64,000 nucleotides of DNA from NCBI GenBank assembly GCA_050273025.1, contig CP158635.1:24986001-25050000 (forward strand). The letters are read 5' to 3'. The position numbers and the translations under genes were made by a program. Below, one piece after another: positions 26,415 through 40,589 of the stretch (positions within the stretch are counted from its first letter, which is position 1; each line of letters begins with the position of its first letter). This stretch comes from Cenococcum geophilum (lineage: Eukaryota). The notes under the pieces are model-generated. The model did no database searches. It was not told the origin of the DNA and worked only from the letters and a program-made list of their open reading frames with translations.

Positions 26415-29400
26415 CTAAGCAAAGTAGCTTATTAGTTATATATCTTCTAAGACCTCTAGCCAATCTAAAGAGAATCCCTAATAGGCGATTTAGCATTATT
26501 TAGAATCATTTAATGGGGGATAATTACTTCTCTATCCTTAAGCCATATATCTTATCTCTTCTCCTTAAAGACCGCCAAAATTTCCTTTACACTATTATCC
26601 ACTAGCCCTAAACCTAAGCGCGAGGTCTCTGTAAGTATAACTAATACTTCCCGTTACTATAATGCCAGGGCTATTTAGTACGGGAATACTAGTAGTAAAG
26701 CACCAAGGCCGAGTACTGCGCCATGAATTTGCTATTATTGTTGATAGTTCTTTTTCAACATCACCATATATAATTGCCGCTGACGGTTAATGCTAAATAC
26801 TATAGGTAAGGCCCTAATTATACTAGTAAGCGTATTGGCGGCCTTAGCTCGGACTTCCGGCTACTTATTAAAAATCATATTATTAACATATTTAATAAGG
26901 TCCCACCGCTAATTGTCTAACATAAGGAATAGGTTATAGTAGTTAAAAACATCTATAAACTGTAGAATAAGAAACCAGTGACGCTAAGATTCTGCCTTAG
27001 CTCCTATATAGATTAAAACAGAGATAAATGGTCCAACTTTATCTATATAGAAAGGGACATTAGAAAGCTTATTGAGGATTTCTTCTACTAGGAGTTTAGT
27101 CTCTTTGTTAATAGCGACCATAAAGAGGATAAGCTCGATAAGCCTCTTATGCAGGAAATTAAGTAGCTAAGTATAACTATAAGATGACAGATAGGTATCC
27201 TACTATATCAAAAGGGTACATATAGCCCGGACGTAAGAATCTTAGTCGTGCTTCTACTATATATTAAGTCGGCGAAGGACCTTAGCGTTTATTATAGATT
27301 CCTTATCTATTAACTAATACGGTTGGATACTAACTAAAGAATATTTCATCTATACGTCGATAAGATGGTTAATATCCTTATATAACTTGCTAATTGTTAT
27401 TATACGGGCTAGCGCTATACCCGTCGCTAAACGGACAGCATTATATAGATAATTAAGATGCTCTATAAAGCCTTGTAAAATCTCCTACTTTTCTAGATAT
27501 TGTAAACCAGTATAGTAAATGATTAAGCCTAGCAGACTAATCTAAAGGGAATCTTAAAATACTGTATTAGATTCTATACTAACGTAAAACGCAGGTTTAA
27601 TAAGTGGCTAGAATCGTCTTAGGTCATTATCTTTTATTATATGCCTTAAAAACTTCTCCTAATTCTTATTGGCTAACCGCTCTTATAAAACCATTCTAGC
27701 CTTAGGTAAGACGGATTCCTAAAACGTCTTTAGTATATATAGGGCCAAAACCATAAAAAGAAGGAACAACGCAGTTATAGCTTCTACAGTGACCCTGTAG
27801 TAGTTTTCGTTACTATACGCTTTAAAAACACTCTCTATAAATTTTTAAATATCTATAAAGTTAGACCTAGTTAAGAAAAGCCAACATACATAATAAATTA
27901 ATATATAATGCGACTCTTGGAATTTGTAATCTAGTTCTATCTTTATAAACTCTAATTGCTTTAATAGCCATTCTTGATCTAATTGCTGCGCAATGCGGGA
28001 GAGTACCTTCTCCTTAAGGTCGTCATATATAACTCCTATAGTGATAAGCCGTGCTACCTACGGAGATTTACTCCGCACTATTATTTAAGGGTCCTTATCT
28101 ATATAGTATTTTTCGGTAGAAGTCTTAGACCCTAAATCCAACTTATAACCGGAGTTAGTCTAAGGGTTTTTATTAGGGTCTAAGACGACATCTTAAAGAT
28201 AATTGTCGTATTTACGTTTAGTAAAGATTTGTATATCCACTAACTTAAAGATCTTATATATAACCTGTTAAGAGATACAATGAAGGTCCGGATGAGAATC
28301 TATAAAGGCTTCTATAATTATATCAATAAACGCTTTAGAAGTAATTAAACTATAGGCAACTTTGAGGTTTTCTATAATCTTTATAATTAGACACTATTTT
28401 GTCTTCTAGTGAGATTCCTTAGTTAATTGGATAAGATCCCTTAACAACTTCACTTTCTTGCTCGCTATAAAGTCACTTCTTACCTAAATTTAGGCCTTAA
28501 CTTTCTCTGGGATAATAGCCTCTCTAAAGTTATACTAGTAAATAACCACGCATTCCCAAGGTCTAACAATGTCTATAATTTGCCATTCCTTATCTCTTAA
28601 AAGATTCTACACAGAATCGTTCTCAATTTAAGTAGCCTTAATGTAGGCTTTTATAGCACGTAGAATATATCCCTAATACTAGGAAATTTCGGACTATATA
28701 TAGCTGGATAACAAATAGGTCATTACGCCTTTAATACTTATAGGATTTTCCCCCTTCACTACTCGTGTAAATGCGTCTAGAAGTAGTGGAATAATAAGTA
28801 GTACGGTCCTTAGAAATTAGCCCACTACCTAATTAAGTACATTCCCTACGCTTTGGCGAACTTCCTTATAAGCAGACAAGCTTAAATTAACAAGGTTAGA
28901 AAGTAGTAGCTTAGTTAGCTCTGGTTCCTTTAGGGGCCTAAAGTATATATTACAGTCCAACCTCTAAAAATGATATAACTGTGCCCGCTCAATAAGTAGC
29001 GGCCTTAGATATTCCTTTTAGAGCTCTTTAAACTTAAATAGAGCAAGCCAAGCTTTAAAAATCTTTAACCTTTTAGACATTTCGTCATTATAGGAACCTA
29101 TTTAGGTAAACTATGACTTGGATGTATTGTATAACACCTTAAGGCATTATAGTTTATCCTACTACTCTATAAATAGGAACTAGTAAGTCTTATAAATAAT
29201 TCTACCTATTTCGCGGCGCAGCTTATAGACTAACTAGTAATTCTCTCCTCCTTAATTTAAGGGGTAACCTAATATATGCTAGAAGGTTAGCTCCTTATCC
29301 TCCGTTTTAGCTAAATTAGTACCATCTTCATCACCATCTATATTAATTCCGCCCCTCTAGTATAAGGCGTTATAGTCTATGGTAGGATTACTATAGTCAG

Positions 29401-32216
29401 CCCTAGGATCAAAAAGGGTTAAGATCCCTAACATTACTAATTAAAGAAGGTAAAGGTATTAAGATACTTTATTAAACCACTCTTTCCTAGTACCATCTTG
29501 TTTAATTAATGGTGTGGGTCTAGTTAAATTAGCTAAAGAATCGATTGCCATATTACACTGCGAGCTAAATAGTTTAGCTGTAAAGTTAATTTCCTTATCA
29601 CTTGGCTTATGCCATATAACATACTTTAAGTCGGCAGTTTTACCCCATACTTATATTATAAGTTTATTCTTAAGTTTGTCCTTCTTATAGATTAAGTGAT
29701 TAATAATATATATAGCTGTTAAATTATATAGGAGACGGCTAGTGATATTGGAGGCAATCATCTTAGGCCTCCCTTTACATTCTAGCTGCACGTACTTAAT
29801 AATAGCGAATAGCTCTTTTTTCTAAGCAAGGATAGAGTCTCTAACTTTGGTTAAGGAATAACCGAGTAGATATATAGTCTACACTAATATACAATCCCCT
29901 AGTAGTATCTCCGTATCTGCCGTTGTGCCGGCTCCGTAAATGTCGATTTCTCTACAAATACTAGCAATAAGAAGGGGGAGTAATCGCTTTAGAGACTTTC
30001 CAGGGTTAACCTTTACAAATGCGTTGCATAAAAAACCCATTACGGATCTTATTTACTAAAAGCCAATACTTGCTATAAATCTAGCGATTCTATCTAGCGC
30101 CATATTAAATAAATCCAGCGATAATGCTATAAGAAATATAGTAGATACTCTTCTAAGCATGTACAGTACCTTATTTTCTAAGTAATCGCTATATAAACGG
30201 AAACTATTAGGCCTCTCCAACTTCTCCAAAAGGGCGAAGACCCGGTCAAATAGTGATATAACAAATTCTAAGACTTTTGCGGTGGATAACTTCAGAATTG
30301 CTTTTTCTTAATAGTCGTCTAATTCTTTCTTATAGTTAATATCAATGTCGCCGCTTTCCAACTAAACGATCTGATTAGTTATTTACCGCTTAGCTAGGTA
30401 TAAGTCGTATTCCGCTAAGGTATTTATATTATCTTTCTGTACTAGCTTATTATAACCTGCTATCTTCTCCTTTATTAGGTTATGGAACGGTACCGTATAG
30501 GATATAACTTCTATATAGGACAATATGTGTAATATCTTCTCTAAATTATTGGCGTTAATACCTAGAAGGACAAGCCTAAGGAGTGTTGTAATATGACACC
30601 TATAGCCTTTTGCCTTTACTATAATATTAAACAGTACGCTTAACGCTTAGATTAAGGGTATTATTCTATAGACTTTAACTAGGCCCTAGATGGCTAAATA
30701 TATCCGCTAGAGGGCTCTAGGCAGGATTAAGTCCTAGTTAAAAAAGGCTAAAAGTCGAAGAGTTGATATAGCAAGTTCTATAGCAGAAGGTGTCTTAGCG
30801 AAAATTCCTATAAACACGGCCTCCTATAAGCATAGTACGAATTAATACTTAAGAGCGTTGTTAAGTCTCCTCTCATCTAATACCTCCATTTTACCACTTT
30901 GCTCTTAATTCCAGCGTAAGACGAATATATTAGCTAAATAGAAGACTAATTGCGATAAGGTTAGAGTCCAGTCGCCAGAATTTAATAGATAGAAGTATAT
31001 CTTAACGGCTTATAGAAGGTTTTCTAGCTTTGATAAAACTAAGTCCAAATGAACTAAACAGGCGGGAGATAAGGACATTATAATTAATTAAGTGACATTC
31101 TAGGTAGCAGGAGGGCTTTTAGTATCAAATTCAAGTTGCGCCCTTACTCTCTAAGAATATTCTCTAACTTGTCAATAAGCAAAGTTTAAGTTTTCATCAG
31201 GTATATTAAGAAGCCGTAAAATAGTAGTGAAAATAAGCGCAGATTATTAATTAGTAAAGACACCATACTCTAAGAACGGGATATATCTTATAAATAAAGA
31301 GTCTTTAGTAAGCCTAGAAAATAGATCAATAAAATTCTTATTAGCAAACTATAAGCAAGCAACCTAGAACTAAGTATTAAAAAGAGTTAGCAGGTAGCAT
31401 TGTTGCTTTTTGGCAGTCTACTCTATAGAGACTATTAGAAATAATAGATTAAGTAACGCAATTACTATATATATATACTCTGGGTTAACAATGCTAAAGT
31501 AAGGCAGAAACTCCTTAAATATAGCAGGAATCTATTCCGGATCGAAGTAAAGACAAACAGACTTGCAAACTCAGATTAATGAGCCGGTAAGACGGTCTAT
31601 ATTTTTAGGATAAACGGTTCTAGATTTATTAGGTAGGAACTCGGCCTTAAGTTCTTTAACAGCGCGTCTCTAATTAAGTATTAGGACTTTCCTATACCAA
31701 AGGCGGTATTTCTAACTGTAAGTAGTATATTAGCGAATAAAATATTAAACTAGGAGAAACAATTAAAAAAGCTATTACTTTACCAGAGTTATAAACATAT
31801 TTTGAAAATTTCTTGCATATCCTATATCTAACCCTTATACTAACCCTAGCTTAAAACAGAGTCTTATAAGCTTTAGATAAGTGTTATAAGGAAGTTTAAA
31901 TTTTAGATATAGTAAGTTTAAAATACGCGTTAGTAAAGAGTCTACGCGACGATACTATTTTATAGCCACCGCGATATAGAGTTTCCCTACGCAACTCTCC
32001 AGAGCCCTTACTCCATCTACTTTATCCTCAGTTTAATAGGGAAGATTCTTAAAATAGTTAAAGCTGCGTTATCGATCTATTTAGGCAAAAAGTGTAATAG
32101 AGATTGATTTGATACTAAACGTAAATGTATAAAAACGGTTTTTCTAATAGAGTATTGAGCTGAATGAAGGCGAAATTTTAGTTTAGGACGTCGCTACTAA
32201 AATATCGGCTTAATAT
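26415..32216 (-). pseudogene. BLM10: Near full-length divergent proteasome activator Blm10/PA200 homolog, RIP-inactivated
   Basis: N-term RSFNYFKNLPY*TED...KLYIAV...LKF; LYFDPE*IPAIFKEFLPYFS; FIDLFSRLTKDSL...IPFLEYGVFT...LIFTTILRLLNIP. C-term DUF3437-like EVRAKAANTLTSIIR...HGAVLGLGALLLVFPY...SVKEILAVFKEKR*DIW. Terminal LEVLEDI*LISYFA-stop at 26415-26417. Confidence 0.9.
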
Positions 32217-32221
32217 TGTGG

Positions 32222-32925
32222 ATTTAATAGCGAGGTATAGATTGCAGTGTGCATTAGCTAAGCTAGCTTAGGGTATATATATACGGTGGTAATAAAGGCG
32301 TATTAATGCCTTACTAATGCTGGTGCTATAGGTAACTAAGACCGGTAAATACCTATCTTAAAGGCATTAAAGCCTAAATTAAAGGCGGGTGTGCCGTAAA
32401 TATATATATAGAGGTTGCGAACTAGTATAATAGGAAGCCCCTATAGGGCAAATATTGCCTCGCCTCTAGCCATACTCTAGACACTTATAGAATATAGGGC
32501 TAATATTAGTATTACAGGTAGTAAAGATTGATAAAGGTTAAGAATGATATTTAAGGCTTAAATTAGGATTTCCAGACGGTATGAGATAAGAAGACGCTAT
32601 AAATATATCTTAGAACAGGGCGTAAATTAGGAGGCGCTAAATATAAGGGAGTGAGCCATATATGCATCTGCGGAGGTTTTTAGGCGCTAGGAAGTTTAGG
32701 GAGAATTTGCATATATAACTATAGAGGGCGAGATATTAGCATATCTATTCTAAATAGAGAGGCTAGTCGTAGAGCTGCTTGCCTATAAGTATTGCCTTTA
32801 GAATTAAATAAGAATTAATAGGTGGAATTAGTATAGCTATATATTTATTATTTAGAGGCGCTACATATAACAGAGGCCGGTTAAAGGTCGCGTGTAGTAT
32901 ACTGTCTAAGGTCTTATTAGGATAT
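32222..32925 (-). promoter_or_regulatory. Shared upstream cassette, copy A (5' of BLM10-like gene)
   Basis: Aligns with 43641-44380 over ~700 bp, with 41150-41430 over ~280 bp and with 39905-39975. Core accggtaaatacctatcttaaagg. Regulatory role is inferred from position. Confidence 0.55.
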
Positions 32926-33269
32926 ATACTAGCGGGAAATGCATAAACGGGAAGGGGAAGGGGCGCCGCCTATATATCCACGTAGAGATGTTAGTTATCT
33001 ATTTGTGAAGTAATGTGTGACTTATATATTGGTTATAGCAGTATGTATAAAAGAGGCCGGTAAAAGGGTTTATAGTATAATGTTTCTTGTTAGAGTAACG
33101 GGAATAAGGTTTATAATAGGTATAAGTAATAGCCTTAAGACGTCTAAATATCACGTGCCTATACTGAGGGGTACTGCCCAGACCGAAATCAGCCCCACTA
33201 TAATCACTTTTTATTACCCGCTATTTAATATATTTACATCCCGTACTCGCGTTTTGCTTATTACAGGCA

Positions 33270-34770
33270 CTACTATAACTATACTAAAGATACTCTATGG
33301 TATAGAGAGCTAAAATACGGATAGCTTATATAAATAACTAGTAATATAGGGCGAATATTATTCCTTATATAACTTTCCAGAGCCTCTCTATATACTAGGC
33401 ACCCCTCTAAAAACAAAGAAGATTATTTCTACGTACCTAAAGGTACTATTGATATTTATAATATATAATTTATACTAATAAATAAAAACTAAAAAGCTAA
33501 AGAATACGCCGCTATTATACTTAACACTACCTCTAATAAGCTCTTACTCGAAAATTCATTCCTAGCAGTATATACAAAACTAGAAAAACCTGGCCCTAGT
33601 ATACGCGGATTAGTAAATACGGCTATAGTAATATTAGCACTTAGCAATTTAGATTAGGATAATAGGTTTCCGCTATTTCAAGTTTTAAGGGAAAGAAATT
33701 TCCAGCCCTTTTAGCTTAAGAGCGGTAATATACTAGCTACGCCAGAGGATATACTTTAGTACTTTAAAGGTAAGGGAGGCGGGCTTGCGTATATATCTAT
33801 ATAGCTTTATTAAAATACTATCTCGTAGGTAACTATAGAAGGGTAAGGAGAACGTAAGGGTTATACACAGTTAAAAGCTAGAATACTGTTAAAATTTAAG
33901 GAAGATATTACGCCTAGGGTGCTAGAATTTACTAAGGCTTGCAAGTTGGAGCTATTATTATACCCTATAGAGAAAGCGGTAGAAGAGGAATTGATATAAC
34001 TGTTTATTGCTAATCCACTATTCTTATAAGAGGTAGGTAGGGCGCTATTTATCGATCTAGTATCCGGCAGCCCTAAATATTAGCCTTAATAGATAGGACT
34101 TAAAGGGTCTAAGGCGGGTAAGGGGTTTAGATAGTTATATGGCCCGCCCTTGTAGAGTTTATTAAAAGTAAAAGGATCTTAGGTAGGTAGTGGGTTTAGG
34201 TGGTTATATGGCCCGCCCTTGTAGAATTTATTAAAAGCAGAAGGATTTAAGGCGGGTAGTGGGTTTAGGTAATTATATAGCCTACCCTTATAGAATTTAT
34301 AGAGAGTAGGAGGATCCTAGGCGGGTAGTAGGTTTAGGTAGTTATATAGCCCGCCCTTATAGAATTTATAGAGAGTAGAAGGATCCTAGGCGGGTAGTAG
34401 GTTTAGGTGGTTATATAGCCCACCCTACTAGTATTTAGTAGGACGGACTAAAAAGTTTATATATAAATTGTAGTAAGGGTCAATAGGGCTGATAATCGCG
34501 CCTAGTCTTGCGTCGTTCCCTCTATAGGAAGATTTTAAAAAGATTCCTTATATTAGATTAGGGCTCTAGCTAGTGACCAGGACTTATACGTCTATAGTTA
34601 GCCCACTTATGCTATCTTCCCTTTCTTAGGTAAGACCCGGTTATAGTGCTAAGCCATAATCTACTAGGTAGTGGCTCTTATCACTAGGTCTAGTTATCTC
34701 TATACCTAAAATTATGTCTTAAGCAACTACTAAAGTAGTAAAGGGGATATCGCGACGGGCTTTTTTAGAC
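33270..34770 (+). pseudogene. Unknown protein relic with C-terminal 23-aa repeats
   Basis: FPLFQVLRERNFQPF*LKSGNILATPEDIL*YFKGKGGG...KARILLKFKEDITPRVLEF in one frame. Confidence 0.45.
34102..34430 (+). repeat. 69-bp in-frame tandem repeat x~5
   Basis: (g/a)gcccgccc anchors at 34141, 34210, 34279, 34348, 34417. Confidence 0.9.
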
Positions 34771-34789
34771 CTATAGCTTTTATTTACAA

Positions 34790-37450
34790 CTAAGCGCCGT
34801 CCCCGCTTAAGAGCATTTATTGCCTCTATTATTTAGTAGTAGATAAATTTGGCAATATCTTTAAAGGGGTCTAGTAAGCCGTCTTTAATCGTCACACCAA
34901 GCTCGTCAGCACTTAGCTTATCCGCGCCCAAGTCGTCCACCTTTTTAGACTGTGTATTCTCTATAATACCTAAAAGTTTAAGTTTGTTAACTGCCGCCTC
35001 GTAGTTATAACCACTTAGCGGCAAACAAAGCCATCTAGATTGTTAGTATTTTAACCTTTCTGGATATTTGGGTACTTATAAATTATTACTTATTAATTCT
35101 AGGAGTAGAAATAAGGAACTTTAACTAAGAGATAGCGCTAGAGTACGTTACCTTCTACTATCTAAAACCTAACTATCTATTTTTTCCTTCACCTCCTTAA
35201 GCCCGATCTTAGTACTATTAAAAATAAGTACAGCTAGTACTTCCGTATCTTTAACTATTTTACGCAGTCTATTATAAAACACTATAAGAAATCTCTAGCG
35301 GATGGAGTTAATAAGAGCATTCTACTTAATAAGTATAGTAGCATTATATAGCGCACCTAAGCTAGCACTAATAACTCCCTAAGGTTATAAGTGGATAATA
35401 AAGTCTCTTTATAATTAAAAGTGGGCGATAGTATTTCCTTATAGTTATAACTGGGCTATAGGTATAGTAAAGAGGAAAGTCTAGTTACCGGTCCACCCTA
35501 TATACTACTTTTGGATTTTGGGGTTAATATAGAGCTACTTTAGCGTTATTTTTAGCAAGCACTAAAATCTTATACCTTTTAAAATCTTAACAATTTGTAG
35601 TTCTCTTTAAGGGGGGTTTAATATTAAGCTATCATTTAATAAGGGACTATTAGTACTAGATAGAAGCTTAGCGACTTATAATCCATTTTGAGAGGGATTT
35701 AATGTTAAGCTGTCATTTAATAAAGGATCGTTAGTATTAGATAAAAACTTAGTCATTTATAGTCCATTTTAAGAGGGGTTTGATATTAAGCTATTGTTTA
35801 ATAAGGGACCGTTAGCATTAGACGGAAGCTTAACGGCTTATAATTCTTTTTAAGAAGAATTAAATACTAAATAATTATTTAAGACAAAAGATCCTAAAGC
35901 CTACTTTATTTCTAGAGGCAATATCTAGACTAAGGAAGTAATAAGATCTTCAAACTTATAAAAGAGTTAGCGAATTTATATAAAGAACACTTAACTAAAG
36001 TACCTCTTCGTCCTTTACAGCCTCATCAAATAATAAATATGTAAATTTTTGGAATTCAGGCCTACTAAGGTCAGCGCCTATTATTAAAGGCCGTTGGCAT
36101 AAATATAAAAAGGTTACTAGAAAATAAATATATCTAGGGGAAGCTTATGCCTTAAGGTTGTTTAGAGGGCGCCACTGAGAGCGCTAATATAGCTATGGCT
36201 ATATTAGCGTTCTTAGTAGCATAACCTATAGCCACCATCCAATTCAATAATATAGCCCCTTCTCCCAAATAGGAAGGAATATTTATAGCCTCCTTACATA
36301 GGCGCTTTTTACGCAAATGATCGAAAAAAATAACAGCACTAACGTACTAATACTACTATAAAGAGGCTAGATTTTTAACGCCTTATTAAACTTCTAAAAA
36401 TAGACTTATAGCGGAAGCCAATATAAGACTCTATAAAACCCCTAAGCTATAACGATTTTTTTATTAGAGATCCCACAGGCAGGCCTAGCCCAAGTCTCAA
36501 TATCGTCTTTATAGCCTCTGCAAACAATCCCTAGAAATAAATAGAGTTGCCATTTAAAGGCCATAAGCTATAAGCTATAGGCATATTAATATTCCTATGT
36601 GAATTTAGCGGCAGCTTAGTATATAATAAATCCCGATCTTTTTTCGGCTTTACGGCATAGAGCGCTCCCTGAGAAGAAAGAAGTAATTGCTATAGTAATA
36701 CCCCTTTGTTAGGGAGCTGACGTTGGCTTTTAGGGGAGGGCAGTTATTGAGAAATCCTTAAATATGTCTAATATTAAATATTACGGTAGGGGGAGAATAG
36801 ACACTTAGTAGTATATAGAGTAATTACGCCCAGTAATTAAAGACGCACGTTAATTATACAATTGCCCTATTGCCTTAAGGCCTTACCAATTTTCTTTGCC
36901 TTATATTCCTTATAGATGCACTCTGCTCTAATATAATTAGATAAACTATAGTCTTATTTACCTTATTCCTACGCCACTTAGACTAATAGGACTTGTTTAT
37001 TAAGATGGACTCTACCTATTCCTTTAATACTACTATAATCGTGCTTTCCTTCGCTATTACTACTACTGTGGCTTACGTACTTGCAATAGGTATTAGCATT
37101 TATATCCTTTTTTAAAAACATACACCCTTCTATAGCTCTACTAAGGTTTTTATGGTCATTACTTATAGGGCACACATTACTTTTACAGTTTTGGTATTTG
37201 TATTTTTAGAAATCGCCCAAAAGTAGTACGGGACTAGACAAAAGTTTGAAAATATTTCCCTAGCAGTAATAGATTACACGCTAGAAATAGTAATATTTTT
37301 ATCTATAAGTGCGGTGCCTAACCTCCTTCTCTATAGCTAATATCATTTACAAATCCTAAAAACTACTATATTACTCAATACTAGCGTAGCAAAAACGTCT
37401 AGCCAAGCTATCTCTTATAGGGTTTTGGCTGGATAGTCGTTTCTTACCAT
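34790..37450 (-). pseudogene. Unknown family copy 2 with internal 81-bp repeats
   Basis: 36600-36920 homologous to 48060-48410 and 1-230; supplied ORFs 34833-35024 and 36978-37175 fall inside it. Confidence 0.5.
35610..35860 (-). repeat. 81-bp tandem repeat x3
   Basis: Units start near 35610, 35691, 35772. Confidence 0.85.
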
Positions 37451-38360
37451 AGTAGAGGTGGCTTTGATATTATTTTCGGCATTTATATAAGTAAAAGGTT
37501 TTAACTTTAAACTCTAAACGCTAAATTTATTAAAGTGGAACTCTTAAGATAAAAGCTAAAGTGCGCTACTTAATATATAGCATTCTTATTATAAAGTAAA
37601 TTTACCTAATCTACTTCCTAACCTGGGAATGCTGGAAGTATTTACTTTACTTAATAAGTAAAGGCGCTAGAATCTAGAGCTAGATACAAGTCATCTCACT
37701 ATTTCTTATAAGTATTACAATTATTGTATCTCTAGTCCTCCCACTAAAACTTCTAAAAAATAGCTTAGCTATATACTAGGTACTTTTTTTCTAGCTACTC
37801 TTATTTAAATCACTAATAGTTATAGGGCAATTTTTACTTCATATCTGTCCTTGACCTTCGCTTTTTACCTTTTATAATATAGGCCAGATATATTTTATCC
37901 TATTTTAGGCTAGGCTAACTAGCTAGCAACCTAAGCCTAGGAACGACTTATAAACAATCTACTATTTAGGTATATAGATATATTAATAAAAATGGAGACA
38001 AACGGATAAAGTTTTGCTAATAACTCCATATCTTACAGCCTATAAACGGATTTATCTCCTTATCTATTATCACTAAAGCACCAGAACAAAATCTTAGCCA
38101 ATCTCCCTTATTACCTCTTAGGAAGTTAGAGGATACAAACTACTTTATAGCTCTATTATATACTCCCAACCTATAAACCTAGTAAAGGAAAATTGCGACT
38201 AGCTTGTATTTAGGGCATTACTATATAACTAGGGATAGTGAAGGTAGATTTCGCCTCTATATTATTAATAAATCGCAGTATTACTAGCGCAATATTGATA
38301 GAAATATCGAGCATAATTTGTACACCCTACTAGCAGACTAGATTTCCGCATGTAATTATT

Positions 38361-38510
38361 ACATCCTTTAGGGAGACTGGTTAGAAAAACTAACTTAAAA
38401 GCAGAGGCAAGTTATAATATCACTTATAGGCATATAACTCATTAGCGGGTAGAAAATAGGAGACGGTTAATAATCTGCATCTTAACTAAATATTAGAGAA
38501 TTAGATCTAA
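38361..38510 (+). repeat. Dispersed direct repeat; partner at 50803-50953
   Basis: acatcctttagggagactggttagaaaaactaa...aatctgcatc.taactaaat.ttagaga shared. Confidence 0.9.
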
Positions 38511-39699
38511 GCTCTAAAACCCTTATAGAAAACTTTCCCTAGTTATCGTTTCTATCTATCCTAATAGTACTTTATCGCTCTAGTTATAGGGGTAAAGGTC
38601 TAAACTGTTATAGCCGGGCTACCGCCACTCTTAGCTATAACCTTATATTAAAGATCAAGACGGTCCGTTCTCTCCTTTAGTAGGGCCGACTACGGCAAGC
38701 GGAAGAGATTATAACTAAAGCGATCTCCTAGGAAAACTGTTGACTATACTGCGTCACCTTCCTATTAGAGTATAGATTAAGAGTATCTTAACTCATTTAC
38801 CATATATATAAGTTATAGCCCCATTTTCTTTATAGATTTTAATCTTTATATAAGTTCTTCTTTCCTAATGTCTATATATAGACTTAATATCGATAAAACT
38901 CTACTAGCGACTGATTGAAAACGGGCCTCTATCTAGCTTACCTAATTTAGCCTCAGCCTACTGAGTAAAGTCCAAACAGACCTTCTAATTATTAAACTCT
39001 AAAGCCAATATCTTAGTAGTTATATCCACTTTATCCCCGTCCTTATTATACCCGTCATTTTTATTCCTACCCTCTTTATCCCCATTCTTCGCCTTACAAC
39101 TTTTATAATCTAGCATCTTATGTTTTACCTGTTCCACAATTTCCTTTCCCTTAATTATCTTTTTAACAAAATCCGAGAATATTTGGCCTTAATGCGTCGA
39201 GTTTTTGGAGGTAAATATCCTAAACACAACAAGCCGCTTATTATTTTCATTATACTTAACAGAAGAACGACAGGCAACTATAATTTTAAGAACCTAGAAA
39301 ACTGTTAGATAATTAAAATTTTATATATTTAGTAGCTTTACCTAAATTGTCTTAAGTCTATCCCCTAAAGTAAGGTCGGATCCTACCTAACAAATATTTT
39401 GATTATAAAGTTGCTTATATCTATCTCTCCAGAACTACTTATTATTTAAGATACCTAATATCTCTAAAACTAGCTATTCTTAGTCTATAACGCTTAATAT
39501 TATTTAAGCGTAAGAAGCTACCGTATTTGCTAGGGAGCTAAAGGGCTGCTAATTTATATAAACTATATAACTAGGAATAAGGTAATATTATAAGTAAGAG
39601 AAAGCTATTAAATTTATATAATAAGAATGCGAGTACTAACAGGGAGTGTATTTTTAGGATTTGACGTTAATTAGAAGGCTTATAAATTGGCCTACAGCT

Positions 39700-39975
39700 A
39701 TATAAGGTTTAATTAAGTTATATTCCCAGAGCCTTCACATATAGGCTAAGCATTTAATGCAACGTAAATGCCTATAACTCGCACATTTTGACTCTTACCT
39801 ATATTCGTACGCTTTCTTTAGACACTTATACTCGCAGCAATAATATTCCCCTTCTAAAGGGGTTAGCCTAACCGGCCTAAAACCGAAGCTTTTAATGCTA
39901 ATTATAATAGCGAGGCGTAGATTATAGTGTGTATTAGCCAAGCTAGCTTAAGTGCATATATACAATAGGTAATAA
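39700..39975 (-). pseudogene. Truncated paralog of 40590-41142 with short cassette copy B
   Basis: 39700-39870 matches 40600-40770; 39905-39975 matches 32225-32297. Confidence 0.5.
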
Positions 39976-40589
39976 AAATACCCCTTACAAACGGCGGCAC
40001 TAGGCCATACATTAAGTGCATTAAAGCTTAGGGATATCAGGTCTGACCTTATAATTAATATTCTTATACTACCCTCTTAAGCTTTGTAATTCCTAGCCCT
40101 ATACCTATTAAAGTCCCCAACTAGCTGCTTAAATTAGCTAAATAAAGAATCCCCTACTATATATAACTAGGACCTCTACTACGCGGGACAAAAAAAAGCA
40201 TAGTTATTTTAGCGGTGATGAAGATAATCCAACCCTACTACCAGATACGTTTGATTTTGAAGATATATCTTTATAATCACCTAGTAGGGCAATTAGTATC
40301 AGCTTAATAATTAATAAGTGACTAGCAAATAAATACCGCAGTTTTTATTAAGCCGGTATTTACTATAGTCTATTAGCTATCTGCTAAAATATATAAGAAT
40401 GGTTCCTATATTGCCATAATATTTACTAGGCATCTTTTCTATATCTTTTAGTATTTTATATACTAAGCTCTTACTATATATCGGAGATAGGTACACTTAT
40501 AGTGGACCTAAGTATAATTATATATACTGGTAATAGTCGGGTTAAAAGGATAGTAAACGCCAATAGTAAAATAGACTAACTTATAGATT

